Shown: positions 18,054 through 27,987, counted from the first letter of the stretch. The stretch: 40,966 nt of DNA from an uncultured Anaerolinea sp. (GCA_964559195.1 CAZLJB010000001.1:1-40966), one strand, 5' to 3'. The notes: generated from the letters alone by a model not told the origin. Made by a program: numbers and translations.

Positions 18054-18959
18054 TCACGACAGATAATGGCGCTTTAATTCTGATGCGTATTGCTTCCCAA
18101 CTAAATTTTTATTCTCAATCAGCCAACTAGCCAGATGGGTTGTTCCACGTGGCACTTCGTCAGAAACCAACAATCCTGCCCTTAAGCCATCGACTTCATC
18201 ACTGGTTAGAATGATGTCGCCAACAAAAGCACTGATCATCCTGGAAGCAAATAAAGCCATTCCAGCGGGCATGGGCAGAATAGGCCTGGGGCAACCAATA
18301 CTAGTTCCGATTAATTCCGCCATTTCCTTAAACGTAAAGATATCAGGGCCAACAGCATCCCATTTCAAATCAAATTCCTGTAATCCAGCCTCCACGGCTA
18401 ATTTTGCCAGGTCATCTACAAAAATTGGCTGCAACTGGTAACTACCGTTTCCCGGTAAGGCAAAAATCGGGAAACGCCGCAAAAGGTAGGCGATGTTGTT
18501 GATCAAGATATCTTCAGCTCCAAAAAGAACTGTTGGCCGAAGAATGGCATACGATAAACCAGATTCAATCAGAGCTTGTTCATTTAGAGCCTTGCCTCGA
18601 AAATAAGGCAAACTCGATTCCAGCGTAGGATTGGTAATACTAATATGAACAATTCGGCGCACACCTGCATTTTTAGCTGCAGTTATCAGGCGGGCAGTAT
18701 TTTCAACTGCTTTTTGCTGAGTATTGTTACCATGATCAAATCTGATCCAATATGTATTGTATAGTGTATCCACGCCCTTTAATGAGCGCACCATCCCAGC
18801 AATATCGAAATCCAACGGAAAAGCCTTAACACGCCCTCCAAATGGATCAGAATGGTTTGGGTGACCTGTCAGGGTGATGACTTCATCACCGTGCTCCAGC
18901 AAGCGTCGCGTAATGTACTTTCCTGAGTATGAGTATGAACCTGTCACAGCTATTTTCAT
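18054..18959 (-). CDS. NAD(P)-binding NmrA/NDUFA9-like atypical SDR family protein
   Basis: MKIAVTGSYSYSGKY (degenerate TGxxGxxG), RIVHIS, YFRGK (YxxxK-like), ILRPT. ATG 18959 has an AAGAGG RBS; the track ORF extends to 19031 through the upstream gene. Confidence 0.8.
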   Translation of the reverse strand: MKIAVTGSYSYSGKYITRRLLEHGDEVITLTGHPNHSDPFGGRVKAFPLDFDIAGMVRSLKGVDTLYNTYWIRFDHGNNTQQKAVENTARLITAAKNAGVRRIVHISITNPTLESSLPYFRGKALNEQALIESGLSYAILRPTVLFGAEDILINNIAYLLRRFPIFALPGNGSYQLQPIFVDDLAKLAVEAGLQEFDLKWDAVGPDIFTFKEMAELIGTSIGCPRPILPMPAGMALFASRMISAFVGDIILTSDEVDGLRAGLLVSDEVPRGTTHLASWLIENKNLVGKQYASELKRHYLS

Positions 18960-18975
18960 TTTGACCTCTTTTCCT

Positions 18976-19320
18976 TTATTTAATCGCCTTACGAGGCGCC
19001 ACAAGTGTGAAAAATAAAATAACCCCACCAATGCCTATCCATGCGAAAAGAAAACCGAGTAAATTAGTTCTTATCTGCCTGGCTATATCAAAAAATTGCG
19101 TTTCAGCAACACTTTTGAGAGGGTTGTACCCCAAACTAAAAAGAAGCGGCAATCCAAGTAATAAAATATAAGAAAACATCCCCCAGAATTTGGCTCGCTC
19201 CGAAGTCCCGCACAAATCCACCAACATGGAATGTAAATATGGGCGAAACCAGACGACAATTGCCAGGGTTACCCCGGCTGTGACCACCAGTTGAATACAG
19301 TAAATCCAAAGTGAATTCAT
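18976..19320 (-). CDS. Small integral membrane protein (114 aa, 3 predicted TM)
   Basis: Three hydrophobic helices. Sits between the GbsR-type regulator and the SDR gene on the same strand, ending 16 nt before the SDR start. Confidence 0.6.
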   Translation of the reverse strand: MNSLWIYCIQLVVTAGVTLAIVVWFRPYLHSMLVDLCGTSERAKFWGMFSYILLLGLPLLFSLGYNPLKSVAETQFFDIARQIRTNLLGFLFAWIGIGGVILFFTLVAPRKAIK

Positions 19321-19403
19321 AATTTACTCCTTCGGCAAAAAGGTAAGTTTATTAAACCTGGATCGTAATCCAAGCTATTTTATAAATTGGTGACACATGA
19401 GAT

Positions 19404-19922
19404 TTATTTGAGAATTTTTAATACTGCTTGAATTGTTACCGCGCCCAGGCTATCCAGGCGTGCGATCGCGCTGAAAAGACCATCCAGGGTGTTAAAAAAT
19501 GAATTCAAAGCTCTCACTCGTTCAATCAGAAATTGACGTTCTGGATCTGATACACCAGATTCTAATCGTTTAAGTGTGAGACTGACCGATTCCACTGCCC
19601 GGTCGAATTCACTATTTTGACGTTCTTTTAGAATGGCACGAATGGCCTTGTAAAAATCAGTTTCTGCCTCATAATAATCTTTCCGATCACCGAGGCGTGT
19701 AATCTGACGGATCAGTCCCATCCGGGAGAGAGACCGCACATTTGTACTAATAGAACCCTTGGTAAGGCCGGCTTGCTCAACAATTTCGTCCAAAGAAAGC
19801 GGATTGGGCGATAAATAAAGCACTGCAAAAATTGCACCCATGCCCTTTGGAAAACCCCAGAACTGACTGATGCTGCTCAGTCCTTCGACAAACTGTTGCT
19901 TTATTGGAGGAAGATCATCCAT
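19404..19922 (-). CDS. GbsR/MarR-family winged-helix transcriptional regulator
   Basis: FWGFPKGMGAIFAVLYLSP.PLSLDEIVEQAGLTKGSISTNVRSLSRMGLIR is the GbsR/OpcR-type N-terminal domain. AAGGTG RBS. Confidence 0.8.
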   Translation of the reverse strand: MDDLPPIKQQFVEGLSSISQFWGFPKGMGAIFAVLYLSPNPLSLDEIVEQAGLTKGSISTNVRSLSRMGLIRQITRLGDRKDYYEAETDFYKAIRAILKERQNSEFDRAVESVSLTLKRLESGVSDPERQFLIERVRALNSFFNTLDGLFSAIARLDSLGAVTIQAVLKILK

Positions 19923-19932
19923 TTTTCACCTT

Positions 19933-19970
19933 CGTATACTATGTTTAGTTATTACTAAACATAGTATACG
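19933..19970. promoter_or_regulatory. 38-bp near-perfect palindrome (17-bp arms), candidate operator
   Basis: cgtatactatgtttagt-tatt-actaaacatagtatacg. 18 of 19 position pairs are complementary. Located 11 nt upstream of the regulator ATG and overlaps the -10 box. Confidence 0.6.
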
Positions 19971-19991
19971 TTCAATATGACAATATGTCAA
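19963..19991 (-). promoter_or_regulatory. Sigma-70-type promoter of the GbsR-type regulator operon
   Basis: Minus strand reads TTGACA-17 nt-TATACT (-35 at 19986-19991, -10 at 19963-19968). Confidence 0.6.
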
Positions 19992-20514
19992 GGGTTTTCT
20001 GGTAAATGTTTTCTAGTAAATAATTTATTGGCAGCCTGCAAGTCAAACAACCGGTCTCCTTCCCACCACCCGGATTAATCCATCACCCCCGCGCGTTCAA
20101 GTTTAAATATTCCCTAAATTAACCTCCCTCACTAGACGTGTGATCTTCCCGCAGGCTGATTGACAAACAACCGCTCCTAAGCCAATGGCAGAAAAGGTTT
20201 TTCTGGAGAACTATACTTAATCTAAACAATAGATAACAATCCAGCCAGATTAGATTTCGGCCAAATGTGCTGCCCAGCGAGTGGGTTTCCCCTAGTCTTG
20301 TGTTTTTGGGCCTGATCCTGGCGCAAAAATACAAGAAAACCTCTTCCATGCAGTTATTGATAGAATTTGCTTTTCCATTATTGACGTTATTTAGGTCTTG
20401 CCCGTTTATAAATTCCAACTATTAAGCTGATATATCATTCTAGAATGGTTCAAAGTGAGGGCCAAACAATTCACATTTCAATCTAAACGAAAAAACAACA
20501 TGCCAGGAAAAATG

Positions 20515-21327
20515 TCACTCTTGCTGCAAATTTATAACTGGAGAGTACCCCAGGGCCGCTGAAATCTGGCCAGTTACATCGAGTAACGCTGGAATAATCT
20601 CCGAATTAAGTCGATCAAAACTGATACGATCAATTGTACCGGTCACATTTACCGCTGCAATCACTCGTCCAGAGATATCTCGGATTGGTGCGGAAACAGC
20701 CCGAAGACCAGATGCAAGCTCTTCATCGTCAATTGCATAACCGTTTTGCCGAGCCAACGCTAAATCAGCGGTCAATTTAGCGGGAGTGGAGACCGTTTTT
20801 GGAGTAAATCCATTTAACGGGTTGCTTTCCAGTAGTTTATTCAATTCATTCTCCGCTAGGTCAGCTAGCAAAATTTTCCCCAAGGATGTGCAATGCGCAG
20901 GAAGGCTGGAACCTACACCAAGCACAACACCCACAATCATTTGGTTTCGAATTCGATCAACATAAATGGTTTGAAAACCATTCAAAACAGCCATGCTGAC
21001 TGTTTCCCCAATACTTTGAGATAGACGTTCCAGGTGTGGGTGAACTAGTTGACGAATTTCGATACCGTTAATTGCTGTAAACCCCAGTTCCAATACTTTT
21101 AAACCTGGTCTATATAATCGAGTCGATGGGTCTTGTTCCAAATAATGCATGGCCTCCAAAGTAGAAAGTACTCGATAGGCTGTGCTTTTGTTTACCTGTA
21201 ATTTCTCAACAATTTGTGTCAGTGACAGTGCCGGGCAAAGAACAGAAAACAACGATAAAACTTCAAGCCCGCGCGCCAAGGCTTCAATATTGTATCTTGA
21301 TTTGAGAGGTCGTACATCTAGTTCCAT
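20515..21327 (-). CDS. IclR-family transcriptional regulator
   Basis: N-terminal HTH LSLTQIVEKLQVNKSTAYRVLSTLEAMHYLEQD plus a C-terminal IclR effector domain. 270 aa. Confidence 0.9.
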   Translation of the reverse strand: MELDVRPLKSRYNIEALARGLEVLSLFSVLCPALSLTQIVEKLQVNKSTAYRVLSTLEAMHYLEQDPSTRLYRPGLKVLELGFTAINGIEIRQLVHPHLERLSQSIGETVSMAVLNGFQTIYVDRIRNQMIVGVVLGVGSSLPAHCTSLGKILLADLAENELNKLLESNPLNGFTPKTVSTPAKLTADLALARQNGYAIDDEELASGLRAVSAPIRDISGRVIAAVNVTGTIDRISFDRLNSEIIPALLDVTGQISAALGYSPVINLQQE

Positions 21328-21557
21328 CTAATAAAACCTATTTTCTTTTGATGAAACCATTTTAGAGGTTGTATTCAGATTTGTCAATGGGAAACCAGGG
21401 CAGTCGAAGGGACAAATTAATAATCATTTCCCCTGCTTTGGGTTAACAAACCTGTATTCGAAAAATAAAAAGCAATTGCAATGCTTTGCCAGAATCCTAG
21501 CTGATATTAAAAGGTTCCGATAAAAAAAACTAAGAAAGCACCACATCCCAACTAGAC

Positions 21558-24500
21558 TTATTTAAGCCATTTTGCCAGAAATTTTCCGAGTTCTTCCATT
21601 CGAATAGGCTTGCTAAGATAATCATCCATCCCTGCCTCAATGCACATCGCCTGATCACCAACCATGGCATTTGCAGTAACTGCAATAATTGGGATATGCC
21701 GACCAGTACCGATTTCATGCTTGCGAATTCGTCTTGTCGCTGTTAAACCGTCAATATCTGGCATATTAATATCCATTAATACCAGTGCAAATTCATCAGC
21801 GCGAGTCTCGATCATTTCTATTACTTCCGCACCAGTGGCCACAGATTGCCCAATTAAACCAAAAGTACGAATCTGCTGGATTAGCAAATTTTGGCTAAAG
21901 CCATTGTCATCGGCAATTAACACAGGTTTTTGATCTTGAAATCGTATGGAATACTTGATAGGCTGAGAATTTTTCGCTGTTAGCACATTATCTCCCGAAT
22001 CTGATGAAGTTTTATCAAGCGCGAGAGGCACAGAAAACCAGAATGTTGATCCTTCGCCTTTTTTCGAAATTAAACCTACATCGCCAAACATTAGATCAAC
22101 CAATCGACGCGAAATTGCAAGCCCCAATCCTGTGCCACCATATTTCCTTGTAACTTTATCATCCGCCTGCGTAAAGGGTTCAAACAAGAGTTCACGAATA
22201 TCATCAGAGATTCCGATCCCGGTATCACGAATAGTAAACGTTACCAGCAGAAATCCGTTTGGAATGATGGTTCCATTTATATCGACATCAACTCTGCCTC
22301 TTTCGGTAAATTTAACAGCATTACTCACCAGGTTGATCAGAATTTGGCGAATACGACCTGCATCTCCCAGCAATTTTGAAGGAATGATTGGGGCAATAGT
22401 TACTAACAAAAGGATCCCCTTTTGCTCGGCTTTCGCTCGAAAAAGATCAATGGTTTCCCAAACAAGATTCTTTACATGAAAGGATTCAGACTTTATTATC
22501 AGTTTACCGGCTTCGATTTTCGAGAAATCAAGAATATCATTCAATATTGTGAGTAGGGCCTGGGCAGAATCGCTCACAATTCCTGCAAATTCAAGCTGTT
22601 CATCATTCAGTTCTGTATCTAGTAATAGTTCATTCATACCGATAATGGCATTCATTGGGGTACGTATCTCATGACTCATGGTAGCAAGAAACACGCTTTT
22701 TAAATTCGATGCTTCCACAGCGCGATCTCTAGCCGCAGCCAGATCTTTATTTTTCTTCTCAATTTCTGTTGCGTAAGTTTGCATACGACTGGCAGCTTCC
22801 TGCCGTTCGATTTCCGAGCCAACCCATTGCGCCATCAAATTGATGAAATTTTTATCACCATTAGTAAATGGCCAGCTGCGCCGATCGCGGCTAAAAAATG
22901 AGAGCGTTCCATAATCCATACCAGCAACTCGTACCGGGGACCCCAAATAGGCTTCCACTTTGTGAGACAGGTAGCACGGGTGATTGGCCCAACCACTGGC
23001 TGACGCATTTTCAATACCAATTGGACCACCCTCTCTGAGAGTCTCACGGCTGTACGTTTTCCCTAGCTCAAAATTATCACCCACCTTGATTGATTTATCT
23101 GGAATTTCCACAGCAACAACATGATAATTTTCATTTTCGATAAATGAAAGTATCCCAACCTGCAAACCATACCGCTCAACACCTAGTTGTAAAAACGCCT
23201 GAAGCTTATTCTTAAAAGTATCGTGCTTGGACGCAATATTGTACAATGTGCGGATGGATTCTTCACTTTCGCGCAAAGCAGTTTCAATAGCCCGGCGCTC
23301 GGTTAAATCAGTGACCACATTAATGAAACCAGCCTCCGGATCTTCAATGTTTTTATACACTCCAGTAATTAAAACAAAAACGGTCCCGCCATCTTTTTTT
23401 CGCAAACGTAATTCACACGATAATGGTTCCTGGGCCTGTCTTTGTTCCTGGGCATTCTTAAATAATTCAATATCTTCCGGAACAATCAAATCCAACGAGA
23501 TCATCCCGATTAATTCAACTGGAGCATAGCCAAGCATGCTCGCAAAAGCAGGGTTGACATATTCAAATCGGTTTTTGGAATTTGTTATCGTGAGACCCTG
23601 TCCCATATTATTCATTACCTGGCGGGATAGATCTCGCTGATCTTTTAATTGTGATTCAACTAACTTTCGGGAGGTAATATCCTGTAACAAACCATTTGAA
23701 CCTATAAATTTACCGTTTCCATCCACCACCGGAAAAGATGTGTCCGAAAGCCAGCGGGATTCACCGGTCTTGGTAATAATCCGGTAATCACCACTCCAAA
23801 TTCCACCATTTTCACCACTACGAACACGCGAGCTTGCTTCAATAGCAGGCACTCCGGCGAATTGTCCTCGCATAATAGATTCTTGAATCAGGCTCTTGAA
23901 TACTTCTGGGGTAAGTTCTTCTACGCTAAAACCCGTTAACCGTTCTATCTCTTCTCCAATAAATGGATATTTATTATTGATCGTATCCACACTGTACGGA
24001 ACAGCATCTGCAACATTAATCGCGAGGCGGTAACGGGCTTCACTCTCCCTAAGCGCTTCTTCTGATTGTTTAAGCCGGGTTATATCAGTTCCAATCCCAA
24101 TCAGCAAATCACCTGGGCCTTTGGCATCCGTTAACATGAATATTCGCCAGGTCCCATCCTTGTGTTTTAACCGATGCTCATATGGATTCGCATCTACAAA
24201 AACCATTCCGCCAGCTGCTTGCATGACGTAAGATCGTTCAACGGCGATATCCCCACCGGAAACGCGCTCCATTTCCCACCATCCATCCGCTAATAATTCA
24301 TCCGGCTCGTACCCAAGCAGCCCTTTTACAGATGGGCTTACATATACAATTTTTCCGGCGCTATTGGAAACAAGGACAAGGTTGCCTATCGATTCCAAAA
24401 CAAAGGATGAGAGCTCCCTTTCAGATTGCGAAACAACGCGCTCGGAAAAAACATGTAAGGATGCAATCACCAATTTCTGTCCATCGGCTTCTCCGATGCC

Positions 24501-24788
24501 AAGATATGTATCCAATGAAAACTCGGAATTGTCCTGACGTTTCCAAGCTATGTGCACAGGATCGCCAACAGGATTTTGTATTCTGCCACCCTCAAATATA
24601 TCGCGATATAACTGTTTATATCCGTCAATAAAACGATCCGGGATTAATTGTTCCAGTAGTTTTCCAACTAATTCGCCGGTAGGGTATCTGAATATTCTTT
24701 CAGCCGATTGATTGGCACGGATTATTTGTCCTTCAGTATTAATAAAGAGGACACCATCCGAACTAAGAGACATTAGCAAATCAAGCAT
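21558..24788 (-). CDS. Hybrid sensor histidine kinase/response regulator with multiple PAS and GAF sensory domains
   Basis: H-box MSHEIRTPMNAIIGM, N-box LINLVSNAVKFT, G1 RDTGIGI, G2 GGTGLGLAI, C-terminal receiver LVLMDINMPDIDG...LSKP. About 650 aa of PAS-like repeats and one GAF-like block upstream. No TM segment and no HPt domain seen. Confidence 0.93.
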   Translation of the reverse strand: MLDLLMSLSSDGVLFINTEGQIIRANQSAERIFRYPTGELVGKLLEQLIPDRFIDGYKQLYRDIFEGGRIQNPVGDPVHIAWKRQDNSEFSLDTYLGIGEADGQKLVIASLHVFSERVVSQSERELSSFVLESIGNLVLVSNSAGKIVYVSPSVKGLLGYEPDELLADGWWEMERVSGGDIAVERSYVMQAAGGMVFVDANPYEHRLKHKDGTWRIFMLTDAKGPGDLLIGIGTDITRLKQSEEALRESEARYRLAINVADAVPYSVDTINNKYPFIGEEIERLTGFSVEELTPEVFKSLIQESIMRGQFAGVPAIEASSRVRSGENGGIWSGDYRIITKTGESRWLSDTSFPVVDGNGKFIGSNGLLQDITSRKLVESQLKDQRDLSRQVMNNMGQGLTITNSKNRFEYVNPAFASMLGYAPVELIGMISLDLIVPEDIELFKNAQEQRQAQEPLSCELRLRKKDGGTVFVLITGVYKNIEDPEAGFINVVTDLTERRAIETALRESEESIRTLYNIASKHDTFKNKLQAFLQLGVERYGLQVGILSFIENENYHVVAVEIPDKSIKVGDNFELGKTYSRETLREGGPIGIENASASGWANHPCYLSHKVEAYLGSPVRVAGMDYGTLSFFSRDRRSWPFTNGDKNFINLMAQWVGSEIERQEAASRMQTYATEIEKKNKDLAAARDRAVEASNLKSVFLATMSHEIRTPMNAIIGMNELLLDTELNDEQLEFAGIVSDSAQALLTILNDILDFSKIEAGKLIIKSESFHVKNLVWETIDLFRAKAEQKGILLLVTIAPIIPSKLLGDAGRIRQILINLVSNAVKFTERGRVDVDINGTIIPNGFLLVTFTIRDTGIGISDDIRELLFEPFTQADDKVTRKYGGTGLGLAISRRLVDLMFGDVGLISKKGEGSTFWFSVPLALDKTSSDSGDNVLTAKNSQPIKYSIRFQDQKPVLIADDNGFSQNLLIQQIRTFGLIGQSVATGAEVIEMIETRADEFALVLMDINMPDIDGLTATRRIRKHEIGTGRHIPIIAVTANAMVGDQAMCIEAGMDDYLSKPIRMEELGKFLAKWLK

Positions 24789-24790
24789 TG

Positions 24791-25876
24791 TTATAAATAA
24801 CGCTCCTGGTGATGCTTTTTCAAATGAGCCACCACTGAGCGTACTTGTTGTGATTGATCAGATTTACAAATTAACAGCGCATCACCTTTGTCAACCACCA
24901 CAATATCATCGATACCGATCGTGACGATCAATCTCTCATTACCATTTCCAAAAACCAGGGTATTATGGGTTTCGAGTGCAAGATGTTGGCTGTTTATGGA
25001 AATATTCCCATTCATATCGGGCAGGAGTACTTCGAAAAGCGAATCCCATGAACCCACATCACTCCATCCGAGTCCGCTGGCAGGCAAAACAGCCACCTTT
25101 TCTGCGTTTTCCATAATGCCATAATCAATAGTTTCGACCTTCAAGTCGCCCCACTTTGCCGAAATTACGGCGTCACGATCTTCTGCGGAGGCTTTGCAAA
25201 TTTGATCCAGCACATCATTCAGCGCAGGCATTTGATGTCGAAACTCAGCTAAAATTCGGTCTGTCTTCCAAATGAACATACCACTATTCCAGGAATGATC
25301 ACCGGTCCGGATCAACTGTTGGGCTGTCTTTTCATCCGGCTTTTCAGTGAAGCGTTTGACAGTATAAACCGGATAATTAAATTTCTCCTGGATCAACAAG
25401 GCTTGCTGAATATAACCATACGCTGTTGAAGGAAAGGTAGGTGTTATTCCCAGGGTAACCAGGTAATCCAATTTTGCAACCTCAAAAGCGGTCCTCATCA
25501 AGTAATCGAAAAGGTCAATGTTACGAATATGGTGATCGGAAGGCAAAATTGCCATAATAGCTTGCGGATCACGTTGATGCAAAATTGCGGCTGCCAGACC
25601 CACCACTGAGGCAGTACCGCGAGGTCCTGGCTCGATTAAGTAGTTTTCAGCTGGAATGGTCGGAACCTGGTCTCTGATTTCTGCCATTTGGTCTTCGACC
25701 GTAACAATTAATATTCGTTCCGGTGGAAAGAGATTACGCAAACGGGATACAGTGCTCTGCAATAATGTTTCTTCCCCCAGTAACGGGAGAAGCTGCTTGG
25801 GTTTATTCTTCCGGGAAACAGGCCATAACCTGGTTCCACCACCACCAGCCATGATCACAGCATAAGAATGTTCCAT
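24791..25876 (-). CDS. manC: Mannose-1-phosphate guanylyltransferase (GDP-mannose pyrophosphorylase)
   Basis: AVIMAGGGGTRLWPVSRKNKPKQLL nucleotidyl-transferase loop, YGYI, WNSGMFIW. 361 aa with no PMI/cupin extension. Its stop lies 2 nt before the kinase start. Confidence 0.85.
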   Translation of the reverse strand: MEHSYAVIMAGGGGTRLWPVSRKNKPKQLLPLLGEETLLQSTVSRLRNLFPPERILIVTVEDQMAEIRDQVPTIPAENYLIEPGPRGTASVVGLAAAILHQRDPQAIMAILPSDHHIRNIDLFDYLMRTAFEVAKLDYLVTLGITPTFPSTAYGYIQQALLIQEKFNYPVYTVKRFTEKPDEKTAQQLIRTGDHSWNSGMFIWKTDRILAEFRHQMPALNDVLDQICKASAEDRDAVISAKWGDLKVETIDYGIMENAEKVAVLPASGLGWSDVGSWDSLFEVLLPDMNGNISINSQHLALETHNTLVFGNGNERLIVTIGIDDIVVVDKGDALLICKSDQSQQVRSVVAHLKKHHQERYL

Positions 25877-25917
25877 ATCAGCCTCCTAATATTTTATAGA
25901 AATCGATAACAGATAAT

Positions 25918-27174
25918 TCATCTCGAGATGGAAATTAATTTGTACTCATTGACCAGGTAATAAATTAATAATAATGTGAATAGTACCGCCATCACAATAA
26001 CCTGCACCCAAACCACCTGGGCCAGGGTCGCGTGGAAAAAGATAATTCCCAGCACTTGCGCAACACCAGCTGCTATTACAAATCCGGTGCTTTTCCCTGC
26101 ACCCAATGAAAGTCGATAATTAACGAGCACGTTCGCCAGCGCATAAAGGGAGGTGGCGAGAGCATACAACCAGAGCAGTGTGGCAACGCCCAAATATTGT
26201 TTTCCAAAAAGGATACTTACAATCCACTCTGGAAAGGATAAGGTTAGCAGCACCACCGGTAAGGAAATCGAGGTCACAATCCCCAATGATAGCCAAAGCA
26301 AGTAGGTGTGGGGTTCACCCTTTTTATGTTTTTGCGCCACAATTGGGAACATCGTAGTCACAACCGACCAGGTTGCAAAAAATACTATTCGACCGATCAA
26401 TGCCAGGGCGGCATATTGCCCTGCCAGCTCAGCCGGGAAAAAGCGCTTTACCAACAGAACATCACTATTATTAATTAATATTTGTCCAAGTTGAGAAACC
26501 AATACCGGCAATGCAAACAAACTTAAGGTTTTCTGCATTTTCTTATCTGGAAACACTCCGGCAGGCAAACCCTTTACCGCCAGTTTCGCGGTCAACCACG
26601 TCAGTACAAATGACAAACTGATGCCAAACACTGCGCCCACAATTGAAAAGCCCAACAAAACAAGACCAATTCCAATTAAGAAGCGCGTCCACATTTCAAC
26701 CTGATAGGTTAAGGCCAAAACCCCAAAACGAGTCTGCCCCTGCAGAACTCCTCGTTCTACTCCCTGAAGCAGGCTAAAAGGAAGTGCGATGCCAAATACT
26801 ATAAACGGGATGGCAGATGCAGTATTAAAAAACGTTTGCCAGAAGGCAGCCCCAATCGCAAACACGGTAACCAATAGCAGCCCAAACCCAAACCCAACTC
26901 GTTCCGCCCACTTTAAAACCCCCGCCAAGGCTACCGAATCTCCATCCGCAGTATATATGGCTGCATAACGGGCTGTAGTCATTTGAAGCGGAACAGTAAT
27001 AAAGGTAATAACCAACAGCAAAGTGACAATAAGTGATAAATCGGCAAACATAGCCGGACCAAGCCAGCGTCCGAGGATCAGGTTATAAATATAATTGCCA
27101 GCATTGACGACGGTCATGCTAATCATCAAAATCAAGCCGGCAGAAGTAATCGAACGGTTATTTTCTGATTTCAT
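25918..27174 (-). CDS. Polysaccharide/oligosaccharide flippase (MOP/Wzx-like)
   Basis: About 12-14 TM helices spread over about 420 aa, a layout typical of Wzx/MurJ-type exporters. ATG 27174 chosen; an in-frame GTG at 27198 is an alternative start. Confidence 0.78.
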   Translation of the reverse strand: MKSENNRSITSAGLILMISMTVVNAGNYIYNLILGRWLGPAMFADLSLIVTLLLVITFITVPLQMTTARYAAIYTADGDSVALAGVLKWAERVGFGFGLLLVTVFAIGAAFWQTFFNTASAIPFIVFGIALPFSLLQGVERGVLQGQTRFGVLALTYQVEMWTRFLIGIGLVLLGFSIVGAVFGISLSFVLTWLTAKLAVKGLPAGVFPDKKMQKTLSLFALPVLVSQLGQILINNSDVLLVKRFFPAELAGQYAALALIGRIVFFATWSVVTTMFPIVAQKHKKGEPHTYLLWLSLGIVTSISLPVVLLTLSFPEWIVSILFGKQYLGVATLLWLYALATSLYALANVLVNYRLSLGAGKSTGFVIAAGVAQVLGIIFFHATLAQVVWVQVIVMAVLFTLLLIYYLVNEYKLISISR

Positions 27175-27234
27175 GGATCCCGATTTTTCTTCCACCACTG
27201 ACTTTCGAAAATTAGTAGTAAATTGGGTTTAAGG

Positions 27235-27597
27235 TTAGGCGAGAGCAGCTTCTACTGTTTCGAGCAGAATACGCGAACTTGACGGTTTTGTTAAAAAGCC
27301 GCGGACACCAATTTGCGCAGCAGCCGCCATTTCCTGATCATCGCCACTGGCAGTCAGGATAATAACAGGCAGTTGGAGTAATTCATTATCGGTGCGAATC
27401 AAGCGCAACAAACTGAGACCATCCATTACCGGCATGGATAAATCCAAAATGGCAAGGTCAACCGGCGATTTATGCAAAATATCCAATCCACTCTGCCCAT
27501 TGGATGCAATCAGGACTGTATAACTGGCTTTCCGTAGCGTATAGCTAAGAATCCGTTGATTGTTTGAGTCGTCATCAATAATCAAGATTGTGGTCAT
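27235..27597 (-). CDS. Stand-alone response-regulator receiver (CheY-like)
   Basis: DDD acidic pocket (8-10), phospho-acceptor D52 in AILDLSMP, T82 in ILTAS, K104 in LTKP. 120 aa, no output domain. Confidence 0.9.
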   Translation of the reverse strand: MTTILIIDDDSNNQRILSYTLRKASYTVLIASNGQSGLDILHKSPVDLAILDLSMPVMDGLSLLRLIRTDNELLQLPVIILTASGDDQEMAAAAQIGVRGFLTKPSSSRILLETVEAALA

Positions 27598-27642
27598 AGG
27601 CCGGGTGAGTTCCAGGGTATGGCTTGAAAGAAAACAAACATT

Positions 27643-27987
27643 CTAAAAAGCCTTCGGGATAATTTGGGAAGGATCGATCGAAGTAAATACCTGATCAAAC
27701 TTTGTCAGCTTGAGAATTCGCGCAGCAGCTTCTTCGCGCGGCCATACCAGGCGAACATCTCCGCCCCCGATGCGTGTTCGTTTTAAGGCGCTAACCAATA
27801 CGGCCAGACCAGCCGAATCAATCATTTTAACATCCGTTAGATTGAATACCAGATGAATTACACCCGCATCAATAAACTCATCACAAATCTTTCGTAATGC
27901 TGGTGCATCAAAGGCATCCAAACGACCGGAAAGAACGATCGAAACAATTTTGATAATGTGTTCGGTGGGAAAAATTTGTAAAGACAC
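27643..27987 (-). CDS. STAS-domain anti-sigma-factor-antagonist-like protein (copy 2)
   Basis: VKMIDSAGLAVLVSALK with conserved Ser58 in DSAG, and ILKLTKFDQVF C-terminal helix. GTG start with an AAGGAG RBS 5 nt upstream. Confidence 0.85.
   Translation of the reverse strand: MSLQIFPTEHIIKIVSIVLSGRLDAFDAPALRKICDEFIDAGVIHLVFNLTDVKMIDSAGLAVLVSALKRTRIGGGDVRLVWPREEAAARILKLTKFDQVFTSIDPSQIIPKAF

Noticed and set aside
20119-20418. 99-aa minus-strand ORF in the IclR-GbsR intergenic gap
   Set aside because: No RBS, a start in AT-rich sequence, and a peptide with odd composition (many Cys, Trp, Leu, Asn). I treat the region as non-coding and unexplained instead.
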